Shown: positions 15,837-23,588 of the stretch, in pieces
Numbering within the stretch: the stretch's first letter is position 1
Layout: every line of letters starts with the position of its first letter
Origin: an uncultured Elusimicrobia bacterium
GTDB lineage: Bacteria; Elusimicrobiota; Elusimicrobia; 2-01-FULL-59-12
Reading direction: 5' to 3'
Length of the DNA stretch: 32,000 nucleotides
Assembly (NCBI GenBank): GCA_964441955.1
Contig: CAYTWA010000002.1
Coordinates: 137,170 to 169,169 of the forward strand
Translations under genes and position numbers: made by a program
Notes under the pieces: generated by a model
Seen by the model: the letters and a program-made list of their open reading frames with translations, nothing else
Told to the model about the DNA's origin: nothing
Databases searched by the model: none

Positions 15837-18800
15837 ATGCACTTATTAACCCGCGTTCTTTCAACCGTTTTATCCTTCGCGCTCTTAATTCCATCCCTGG
15901 CACAACCGTCTTTGGCTTCTCCGGTCGCTCTTCCTTTTGACTTATCGCCACGCTTGGGCTTTATCACCGAGTCTTGGGCGAGTTCTTCTTCGGCCCCCCG
16001 TATCGTGATCATCCAAGACCTCCACCTGCACTACGAAACGCAGAAACGCATCATCAAAATTTTAGATCACCTCTTTACCCAGAAGATCGTCTCGGGCCCC
16101 GTGGCCGTGGAAGGGGTCGAAGGCGTCTACGACACCACCAAATTAGCCGTCTACCCCGCGGGCAAACTCAAAACAAAACTCGTGGACTATTTCCTTAAAA
16201 AAGGCGAGCTTTCGGGGGATGAGGCGTTCTCGATTCTCAAGGGTGACGGCAAGATTCTTTATGGGGTAGACAGCGCGTCTTATTACGGCCTTAACAAAGA
16301 CCTCTACAAAAAAACCCTGGCCAGCCGCCAAGCGTTGGAGGCCAAGCTCAAACCCATCCAAGAAGAACTTTCCTACTTAAAGAAGAAGCACCGCCGCGAC
16401 ACCTCGGTTTTAGGCCAAAACGTCAAACAGGCGGGTGAGATGGTGAACCTTTTGCAGCGCCTCTTGCATCAAGAAGTGACGTTGGAAGAAGCGCGGTATA
16501 TCGCCCAGCGTCTCCCGGCGTTCGTGGAGGTGTCCGAGAAACTTCTCTCATCTTCGTCCCCGCAGGTCGTAGGCGGGGACCCAGCGTCTTCAGATCTCGA
16601 AGAAACCATCCGCTCAGCGGTCGACTTCTACATCGTAGCCCTGATGCGCGACAAGCCGCTGGCGCAGAACACGGTGAAGCTGTTGAAGCGATTAAGCGAT
16701 GAAGCGAGTAAGCGAGTAAGTGATTCTCCTCACTCACCCACTCGCTCAATTGCTTATTCTCCATCACTCGCCCTTGTCACCGGAGGCTTCCACACCGCGG
16801 GCCTCACCCGCGCCTTTAAACAAGCCAACATCAGCTACACCGTCATCACCCCCCGCCTAGACAAAGCCCCCAGTGCGCAGTCCCGTGCGCTTTATGAAAA
16901 ACGACTTTCCAATATTTCTTTGGATCAGGCAGAGATGTCTTCAGATCTGCACCTTTCAGTAACAATGGTTGCTGTTCGTGCTAGTAAGGTTTTTGAATTG
17001 CTTCCTCTGGCTTGGGACAAGTTAACCGCAAAGCGAACACTCCGATTCCCTTCCATCCGGTTTCGTTCCCCGCGGCGTATGCGTACTCAGTTTGGTGGTA
17101 TCCCTTTTAACTCCTCGAACTCTGACAGAGAGGAAACGAAAAATTTGGCCGAGGTCCTTTCTCGGTGGTCTGGCTTAAAAGAAGATCTTCGCAATGGGAT
17201 CGCTCTGTATTTAGATAAAAAGAAATCCGAAGGTGTTTTTACGGCTGAAAAGGCTGCGGCATTGCTTGAAAAGACAATGACCCAGGTGGAGTTGTGGGCG
17301 ATCAGTTCCTCGATTGACCGGTTTACTCGTTTGGGCATCGTTCGGGCGATTGAAAATCAGCGCTGGGAAGACATCGTGACGGCCTTTAGTGATCAGCTGA
17401 AGTTTGGCACCGCGGGCCCTCGGTCAAAAGCGGCACTCACCACTGATGAATTGGTGTCACTTCGTGATCATGGTTTTACAGCGCCTATTTTAAAAGGATC
17501 CAACACCGTCAACAATGTGACGATCGCTCGTTTGACGACGGGTGTGGCGCGACACTTTAAGCGAACTCAAGTGGCGAAAGGGCGCACGACGCGCCCCCGT
17601 GTCTCCATTACATGGGACAGCCGCGTTCATGGGCGTGGTTTTGCCGATCTTGTGGCGGCCATTTTTATTCATGAGGGGTTGGATGTTTTCCTTTTCGATG
17701 TGAGTTCTCCAATGCCAGAAATGTCGTTTTCTGTGGCGGAACTCAAGTTGGACTTAGGGATCTTAATTAGCGCCTCTCATAATCCAGAAGCCTTCAATGG
17801 GTACAAAGTGAGCGACCCTGTGGGCGCTCAATTATCGCCAACACTGCGAAAAGCCATTGAAGCTTCCATCTATGGTGATCCTGCGAACGGCATTTTTCCC
17901 GTGACGTTGGAAGATGTCGCTTGGATTGTGAAGGCGTCCGCAAATCTTGCAGATCCTACGGGCGTTATTCGGCTACCCTCCAAAACCATGGGGCCTTTAA
18001 CATTCATGGCTTGGCAAGAAAACGGCAGGAAGGGTTTAACTTTTTTGGGACAGGAAGATCCCCCTGCAACTGCAAACGGTATTCCGGCCGTTCGCAATAT
18101 TCATGAAGCCCATCGCCGGCATGTGTTGGACCTTTTGTTGTTGCCAATTAACGTTATTCGTGAACATCTTGCGAATATGTATTCTTTGTATTCAGCCATG
18201 TATGGTAATGGGGAAAATACGTACAACCGCTTGCTGATGAATCCCGAAGGCCTGGGGTTGCCTTCCCATTCTGTAAAAGAGTTTGCCCGCTTGGATGGGC
18301 TTTTTCCTCTATTTGCAAACCACAAACCCAAAGCCTTGATCCCTGACCCTGGGAATTCGGCTGGGCAAGCCCATGCGTGGGCCGTGGTCATGCAGTCGCT
18401 TCGGGAAGAATTGGGTTCTGAAGAAAAAATGAAGCGAGTGCTTTTTCAGATTGGACAAAAGCGAGGGCTTGTAATGGGTACGGATCCCGACGCCGATCGC
18501 GCGGGTGTGGCTGTCCCCATACCAGCGGAGCAATTGTCCGATGACCCGTCCATTCAAGAAAAACAACTCGTCTTTTACGTGGTGCCGCCTCAATGGCGTG
18601 AGGAGGTGGATTTTGCGGCGCTGCGACTTCTTCCTGCAAACGATACCTGGGCGTTGATTACAAAATACCGCATCGATCGCCTTTCAGAGATTTTGACGTT
18701 TGATCAAAAGAAAAATCTGCACTTTTCGATCATTAAGACGCACGTCACAACGGATCAAATCAAAGCCCTTAAGGCCTATGCTGAGTCCAGAGGGTTTGCT

Positions 18801-21800
18801 CATATCGAAATTATTGAACCGTTCGTGGGGTTTTCGTTGGTGGCGGATGCTATTCGAGACGGATGGCGTCGTGGTGTCATCAATATCAGCGGACAAGAGG
18901 AAAGCGGGGGTTTTTCTATTGGAGGAGCGCCGCCGGTGATTTATGCGTTGCTTCACCTTTTTCAAAAAGATAATCAGCTTGGATTAGATTGGGATGAGGA
19001 GGAAAATTCTTTAATTAAAAAAAGTTCTCCCTCTTCGACTGATTCTGTGTTGTTATCAGACAAAGTGAGCTATTACGGATACTCGCAGCAAGAACTTACC
19101 GAAGCTTTAGGATATCTTCTAGATCAGAATATTCTAATGATAGATGGTGCCGGATATTATTCTTTGCGTCATGATTATCGAGGATTAAATCATGATGATT
19201 TTTGGGCGCGCGTAAATGGGTTTGTTGATGATGCTCCAGGATCGCGCCTCGGAAAACGCGGGCACACCATGGAAAAAGACGGTCTCATGGCGTTGGTGTT
19301 GCTGGCCGAAGTGGCTGCGTATGCGTCCAGCTTGGGGAAAACACTCAACCAGTATTTGTGGGATGAGCTCTATGCAAAGGTGGGGTACTTCTCAACTACC
19401 AATCAATCCAAAGAGTTTGCTTTTACTCAAGCCGGGGCAGCGGAAAAAATTAGGTATCTCCAAAGCGTTCTCGAGCATGCTCGCCGAGTGGGCAATGGCT
19501 GGAATCTCAGCATTGACCATAAATTGGTTGCTCGGGTTGAGATCTTTGTTCCTAAGGATCAAAAATATGCCGATTCCGAAAATTTCCCGGTCGAATCGTA
19601 TAAGGATTTGCTGCCACTTTTAAGCGATCCAGAGCTTCGAAACAATCCAGCCTTGCTCAAAAGTTTCTTCCCTGAAGAAGGAGTGCGTTTTTACTTCACC
19701 GATGGCAGTCATTTGACCGTTCGTCCTTCGGGAACCGAACCCAAGCTTCGCTTTTACGTTCAGTGGCTCGCCACCGACATCCAAGGTGACATGACGGAGG
19801 CCCAGCGATACCAAAAAGCCGACATCACCGCCTACGATGTGGCCATCGCCGCCAAATCCGTTTTGGGTGCAGCGCCAATAGCCCATTTAATGGCAAATGA
19901 GCCTATTAATTTGATCCATTTCAAGTCAGGCGCCGCCGATGGGCCGGCCCCGGAGAGCGGTTTGGTTCGAATCGAGGACATCATTAGGGCCGTAGTTTGG
20001 GACGAAATTCCTGGGGCAAAGAGGCTGGCTCATGGGCTTACGGGAAAGAAGCTCCGCCATTATGGGGCCGCGAGAGTTTTCGTTAATAATCTCCGTTCCA
20101 ATGACATCGTAATCGGAATCCCTCTGGAGGAAGCAGCAGGCGCTCGCGGCAGAGAAACGATTGTCGGAAAAGTTCGTTCTGTTGTTAGCACCGGCGACGA
20201 CCGACCCGGCGCTGTCATTGACTTTCGAACGGTATATCCTGAAGACGAACATCACTTTGCCTTCTACCGGCTCGCCTTTTGGGCGAATGAGATCGTTATT
20301 CCGCAGCCACACGTAAATCACCTGCTAAACAATCGACTAACGCCACAAGAGGCGCACAAAAAGTTAAGGGGTCGCAAAATTGTCCTAAGTGGTCATGGCC
20401 CTTTCACGCTGGCAGCGCTTGCCAACGCCTACCGAGAAGCGTTCCCAGAATTCCGCTCGGGATTTATTTCTGTTCTGGTCGATGGCAGGCAGCGCATCAC
20501 CGATCCCGAGGCCGATTTAACGCCGTATGAAACTTTTGAGTTGGCCAGTTTCGGGTCAGGCGCCGCAGACGGGCCGGCCCCACGCGAGCGTAGTCATGAC
20601 AAAGACGCCATCCTGGCTGATATCGCCCCGTATCTGGAGGCCGGCGTTCGACGCTACCTCGATGCGGAACACAAACTTGGTTACATCACTTCGTCAGAGC
20701 GAGTTGCACATGAACAAAAAACATTGAGCCGATTTTTAATGTTGTTTGGAGACCCAGGAATTGGCAATGAGGTGCGGCGTTTGATGGTCAAAGCCGTCGT
20801 AGAAAGGCGTTGGGAGGCTTTGGTTCATACTTTTGGCGTCCTTCTCGACCCCGTCATGCCCCATTCTGACCAGGAACTACTTTCACCTGAGCGAATAAGC
20901 CCTGTCATTCTGAAAGGGCTTATCCCACCGCTGACGTTGTTGCGCACTCGTATTTGGAGCTTTGTTATGTATTTGTGGCGTTTAATCTACCCTCCCCAAC
21001 ACTGGGAGAAAACAGTACATATCCCTTTTCAGTTGAAGATTGGAATTGCAGACCCTGGGATGGGGGGCGTTCCGGTTGTTCTCCGCGGTGAAGGAAAGCC
21101 TACGTTAGGGAATATCCTTGATGCGTTGCGTACTCACTATCCACTAGCCAAAAATATAAAGCTTGCAGCGTTTGTGGATGGTCAAATATCAACTACTGAT
21201 CGTAGAGCCAATTTAGGCCGCGCAAAAAAAATTGAGCTTGTATGGCACCCTAGCGGCGCCGCTGATGGGCCGGCCTCAGACGCGGGTAGTCATGACAATG
21301 ACGCCATCCCGGCCGATATCGCCTCTCATCTTGAGACCGGAATTCGAAATTATCTCGATGGGGAAGACGAACGTGGTTACATCATTTCATCAGAGCGAGT
21401 TGCATATGAACAAAAAACATTGAGCCGATTTTCAATGTTGTTTGGAGACCCAGGAATTGGCAATGAGGTGCGGCGTTTGATGGTCAAAGCCGTCGTAGAA
21501 AGGCGTTGGGAGGCTTTGGTTCATACTTTTGGCGTCCTTCTCGACCCCGTCATGCCCCAATCCGACAGCGAATCTCTATCCGCCCAACGTATTATTCCCG
21601 TAATTCAGCAGGGGCTTGCCTTGCCACCGACCATCCAGGGTCCCCATTGGGCTAGATTGGTTTCGTTGTCCGAGCAATTGTCCGCAGCGACAGGGCAGGC
21701 GAAAGGAACCGCGATTCGTTTGGATGGTACGGAGAGTCAACGGTTTACGATGCAGGATCTCTTGGATGCTTTTTGGGAGAAATTCCCGAATCTCCGAAAT

Positions 21801-22475
21801 CAGCGTTTAGCAGTTCAGGTATCCCCGACACCGATGTTTGGGACAAGGCTGATCTTGCATCCGGATGTGGAACTAACACAAGCCATTGACATTGAAATCA
21901 TCTTGCACTTAGAAGGTGTGGTCTACGTTAAATATAAGCGGCCTACATTGCTTGCTCGTTTGTTGAACTTTCTTACCATGTCTAGTAAAGGATTGGGCAG
22001 ATGGTTTTTGGGCGGAATTGTTTCAGCGCTTGTAGCCGCGGCCGGGCTTTTGTTAAGCCAAGCCCAAGGCATGGCACAGGCGACGGTCCCACTGAAACCC
22101 TTAACAGAAGCGGTTCAGCCTCATGCGCAAGCCGTTTTGAACGTGGTCGGGACGTCGTTAGATGTTCTTCTTCCAGTAGGGTTGGTGGTGTTGGGTTTAT
22201 GGTCAATGTTCCAAATCGGTCGGAGTGTATTGCGTGAGTTGGAGAGTCAGCGCGCGCTGGCCGTCCGTGCGGGTGCCCGTGAAAATCAGCTTAAGGCCCC
22301 CGGGTTGTTCTCCGCGTTTCAAGCCGCGATGCGTAAGCCTGCGGGGTATTTGCCTTCCATTGCGCTGTTGGGAGCTATTGCGCTTGGCGTCCCCGAGGCG
22401 GCGCGTCCGGAATTCCTAGCCAATAATCAAGTGGCCACGGCGACTCTGTTGGCCAGTTTTGCCGCCGCGGCTTAA
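15837..22475 (+). CDS. Giant multidomain protein (2212 aa): signal peptide, Tiki/TraB/EreA-like N-terminal domain, phosphohexomutase domain, repeated helical modules and beta-grasp-like modules, C-terminal membrane segments
   Basis: MHLLTRVLSTVLSFALLIPSLAQPSLA; IVIIQDLHLHYETQKRIIKIL ... LVTGGFHTAGLTRAFKQANISYTVI; LKFGTAGPR, ISASHNPEAFNGYKV, GTDPDADRAG, GQEESGGF, RPSGTEPK; SGAADGPA linkers; hydrophobic stretches WFLGGIVSALVAAAGLLL and LLPVGLVVLGLWSMF. Confidence 0.85.
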   Translation: MHLLTRVLSTVLSFALLIPSLAQPSLASPVALPFDLSPRLGFITESWASSSSAPRIVIIQDLHLHYETQKRIIKILDHLFTQKIVSGPVAVEGVEGVYDTTKLAVYPAGKLKTKLVDYFLKKGELSGDEAFSILKGDGKILYGVDSASYYGLNKDLYKKTLASRQALEAKLKPIQEELSYLKKKHRRDTSVLGQNVKQAGEMVNLLQRLLHQEVTLEEARYIAQRLPAFVEVSEKLLSSSSPQVVGGDPASSDLEETIRSAVDFYIVALMRDKPLAQNTVKLLKRLSDEASKRVSDSPHSPTRSIAYSPSLALVTGGFHTAGLTRAFKQANISYTVITPRLDKAPSAQSRALYEKRLSNISLDQAEMSSDLHLSVTMVAVRASKVFELLPLAWDKLTAKRTLRFPSIRFRSPRRMRTQFGGIPFNSSNSDREETKNLAEVLSRWSGLKEDLRNGIALYLDKKKSEGVFTAEKAAALLEKTMTQVELWAISSSIDRFTRLGIVRAIENQRWEDIVTAFSDQLKFGTAGPRSKAALTTDELVSLRDHGFTAPILKGSNTVNNVTIARLTTGVARHFKRTQVAKGRTTRPRVSITWDSRVHGRGFADLVAAIFIHEGLDVFLFDVSSPMPEMSFSVAELKLDLGILISASHNPEAFNGYKVSDPVGAQLSPTLRKAIEASIYGDPANGIFPVTLEDVAWIVKASANLADPTGVIRLPSKTMGPLTFMAWQENGRKGLTFLGQEDPPATANGIPAVRNIHEAHRRHVLDLLLLPINVIREHLANMYSLYSAMYGNGENTYNRLLMNPEGLGLPSHSVKEFARLDGLFPLFANHKPKALIPDPGNSAGQAHAWAVVMQSLREELGSEEKMKRVLFQIGQKRGLVMGTDPDADRAGVAVPIPAEQLSDDPSIQEKQLVFYVVPPQWREEVDFAALRLLPANDTWALITKYRIDRLSEILTFDQKKNLHFSIIKTHVTTDQIKALKAYAESRGFAHIEIIEPFVGFSLVADAIRDGWRRGVINISGQEESGGFSIGGAPPVIYALLHLFQKDNQLGLDWDEEENSLIKKSSPSSTDSVLLSDKVSYYGYSQQELTEALGYLLDQNILMIDGAGYYSLRHDYRGLNHDDFWARVNGFVDDAPGSRLGKRGHTMEKDGLMALVLLAEVAAYASSLGKTLNQYLWDELYAKVGYFSTTNQSKEFAFTQAGAAEKIRYLQSVLEHARRVGNGWNLSIDHKLVARVEIFVPKDQKYADSENFPVESYKDLLPLLSDPELRNNPALLKSFFPEEGVRFYFTDGSHLTVRPSGTEPKLRFYVQWLATDIQGDMTEAQRYQKADITAYDVAIAAKSVLGAAPIAHLMANEPINLIHFKSGAADGPAPESGLVRIEDIIRAVVWDEIPGAKRLAHGLTGKKLRHYGAARVFVNNLRSNDIVIGIPLEEAAGARGRETIVGKVRSVVSTGDDRPGAVIDFRTVYPEDEHHFAFYRLAFWANEIVIPQPHVNHLLNNRLTPQEAHKKLRGRKIVLSGHGPFTLAALANAYREAFPEFRSGFISVLVDGRQRITDPEADLTPYETFELASFGSGAADGPAPRERSHDKDAILADIAPYLEAGVRRYLDAEHKLGYITSSERVAHEQKTLSRFLMLFGDPGIGNEVRRLMVKAVVERRWEALVHTFGVLLDPVMPHSDQELLSPERISPVILKGLIPPLTLLRTRIWSFVMYLWRLIYPPQHWEKTVHIPFQLKIGIADPGMGGVPVVLRGEGKPTLGNILDALRTHYPLAKNIKLAAFVDGQISTTDRRANLGRAKKIELVWHPSGAADGPASDAGSHDNDAIPADIASHLETGIRNYLDGEDERGYIISSERVAYEQKTLSRFSMLFGDPGIGNEVRRLMVKAVVERRWEALVHTFGVLLDPVMPQSDSESLSAQRIIPVIQQGLALPPTIQGPHWARLVSLSEQLSAATGQAKGTAIRLDGTESQRFTMQDLLDAFWEKFPNLRNQRLAVQVSPTPMFGTRLILHPDVELTQAIDIEIILHLEGVVYVKYKRPTLLARLLNFLTMSSKGLGRWFLGGIVSALVAAAGLLLSQAQGMAQATVPLKPLTEAVQPHAQAVLNVVGTSLDVLLPVGLVVLGLWSMFQIGRSVLRELESQRALAVRAGARENQLKAPGLFSAFQAAMRKPAGYLPSIALLGAIALGVPEAARPEFLANNQVATATLLASFAAAA
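16690..16771. repeat. Palindromic GCGAGTAAG-unit element embedded in the giant ORF
   Basis: attaagcgatgaagcgagtaagcgagtaagtga...tcactcacccactcgctcaattgctta. 20-mer 16702-16721 matches 22924-22943 at 19/20. Confidence 0.7.
20595..20890 (+). repeat. Helical module copy 1 within the giant ORF
   Basis: Encodes HDKDAILADIAPYLEAGVRRYLDAEHKLGYITSSERVAHEQKTLSRF...; 126 nt (20738-20863) identical to 21434-21559. Confidence 0.93.
21291..21586 (+). repeat. Helical module copy 2 within the giant ORF
   Basis: Encodes HDNDAIPADIASHLETGIRNYLDGEDERGYIISSERVAYEQKTLSRF...; offset 696 from copy 1. Confidence 0.93.
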
Positions 22476-22505
22476 GCATTTCCGGTTTCGAGAGGCGGCT
22501 TACGG

Positions 22506-22612
22506 CATAACAAAAAGAAAATAGCACCAAAGAATCAGCGTTTAAAGGCAAAAAGTCGTCACTTTATGTCTTTTTGCCTTTAGCGATTTGGTGCTGTTTT
22601 CTTTTTGTTATG
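22506..22612. repeat. Long inverted repeat/hairpin after the giant ORF (possible terminator or MITE-like element)
   Basis: Outer arms 22506-22531/22587-22612 (26 nt, only difference a T/G wobble), inner arms 22544-22555/22570-22581 (12 nt, perfect). Confidence 0.9.
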
Positions 22613-22795
22613 TCGTTTAACAGCCACCCCCGCAGGCCCGACACCGCCCCCGTTCGTCCGGCTTTCAATAAAGTCACCTCAACTCCCACTGCCTCTGCCG
22701 TTGCTTAAGGCTCGGGAGTTGTTCAGGCGTTTCCCCACACAGCCGGGATCGGTGTCGGTATCGGGGAGGATCGATATCGGAGCTTAAAGAACTTG

Positions 22796-22825
22796 TTGAC
22801 AAGATGTTGCACCTGCGACCATAAT
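22796..22825 (+). promoter_or_regulatory. Candidate sigma70-type promoter for the cobalamin riboswitch transcript
   Basis: TTGACA (22796-22801), 18-nt spacer, CATAAT (22820-22825). Confidence 0.5.
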
Positions 22826-22844
22826 CCGTCCGCTTCATTTGTTC

Positions 22845-23022
22845 TTTCAAACGCGACGGGTAGAGGAATCTCGTGAAAATCGAGAGCTGCCCCGCAACGG
22901 TGAATGGTGGTGAGTAAGCCAGTAAGCGAGTGAGCGAGTAAGTAAGGAGTGACTTTCCATAATCGCTTACTCGCTCAATCGCTCACTCACTTCTTTAAGT
23001 CCGGTCTACTGTCCGTCGCCAT
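22845..23022 (+). promoter_or_regulatory. Cobalamin (AdoCbl/B12) riboswitch with a palindromic insert in its variable region
   Basis: agaggaatctcgtgaaaatcgagagctgccccgcaacggtgaa ... taagtccggtctactgtc resembles the B12 core; followed by a DUF6580-like protein and BtuB-like receptors. Confidence 0.85.
22909..22995. repeat. Palindromic GCGAGTAAG-unit element in the riboswitch peripheral region
   Basis: ggtgagtaagccagtaagcgagtgagcgagtaagtaag...cgcttactcgctcaatcgctcactcacttc; imperfect long hairpin related to the 16690-16771 element. Confidence 0.8.
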
Positions 23023-23050
23023 CCTAAAACTTCGAGGGAAGGAGCCTTAC

Positions 23051-23575
23051 ATGTTTAACTTACGTTTCTGGACTTTGACCGGAGTCGTTGCTCTCGCCGC
23101 TGCACTGCGTCTAATGCCTCATCCTTGGAATGCGACGCCTATTGCCGCGATGGCACTTTTTGCAGGTGTGCATTTCTCCAATCGAAAAATAGCCTTTTTG
23201 GTGCCTCTCTTGGCCATGTTCATCTCGGATCTGGTCCTGGGTTGGCATTCATTGGTTGGGGTGGTGTATGGGTGCTTTGCCGTCACCGTGTGGCTTGGCC
23301 AGTGGGTACGGCGCGACCTTTCAGTCCTCCGTGTGGCATCCGCGAGTTTAGGCGCTTCCATGCTTTTTTTCCTTGTGACGAACTTCGCGGTGTGGCTGAC
23401 AAGCGGTCTTTACAGCCAAACCGGCGCCGGGCTGTCGGCTTGTTTCGTGGCGGCATCGCCATTTTTTCGTCATACGCTACTTGGCGACCTGGCCTACACG
23501 GCGCTTTTCTTCGGGGCTTTCCATTTGTCCCAGCTGCGTTTTCCCGTTTTGCGGGAAAGCGCTGTTTCTCTTTAA
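23051..23575 (+). CDS. Small multi-TM protein, DUF6580/ECF S-component-like putative cobalamin uptake protein
   Basis: ALRLMPHPWNATPIAAMALFAGVHFSNRKIAFLVPLLAMFISDLVLGWH and several TM helices; directly downstream of the riboswitch. ATG 23051 preferred over the ORF-track start 22949, which lies in the riboswitch. Confidence 0.75.
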   Translation: MFNLRFWTLTGVVALAAALRLMPHPWNATPIAAMALFAGVHFSNRKIAFLVPLLAMFISDLVLGWHSLVGVVYGCFAVTVWLGQWVRRDLSVLRVASASLGASMLFFLVTNFAVWLTSGLYSQTGAGLSACFVAASPFFRHTLLGDLAYTALFFGAFHLSQLRFPVLRESAVSL

Positions 23576-23588
23576 GAGCGAGGGCGTC

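Noticed and set aside
20738-21559. Mobile-element interpretation of the 696-bp-offset duplication
   Set aside because: The repeat stays in frame with matching domain boundaries and has no terminal inverted repeats or transposase, so internal duplication or gene conversion is the simpler reading.
22001-22237. Out-of-frame ORFs in the 3' part of the giant gene
   Set aside because: Low-complexity Arg/Ser-rich shadow frames; the main frame carries coherent membrane segments.
22638-22758. Structured RNA between inverted 9-mers CCGACACCG (22638-22646) and CGGTGTCGG (22750-22758)
   Set aside because: Arms are short and about 100 nt apart in GC-rich sequence; no convincing stem set found by eye.
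22949-23050. N-terminal extension of the 22949-23575 ORF
   Set aside because: The extension lies inside the riboswitch and its palindromic insert; ATG at 23051 follows a suitable ribosome-binding region (aaggagcc).
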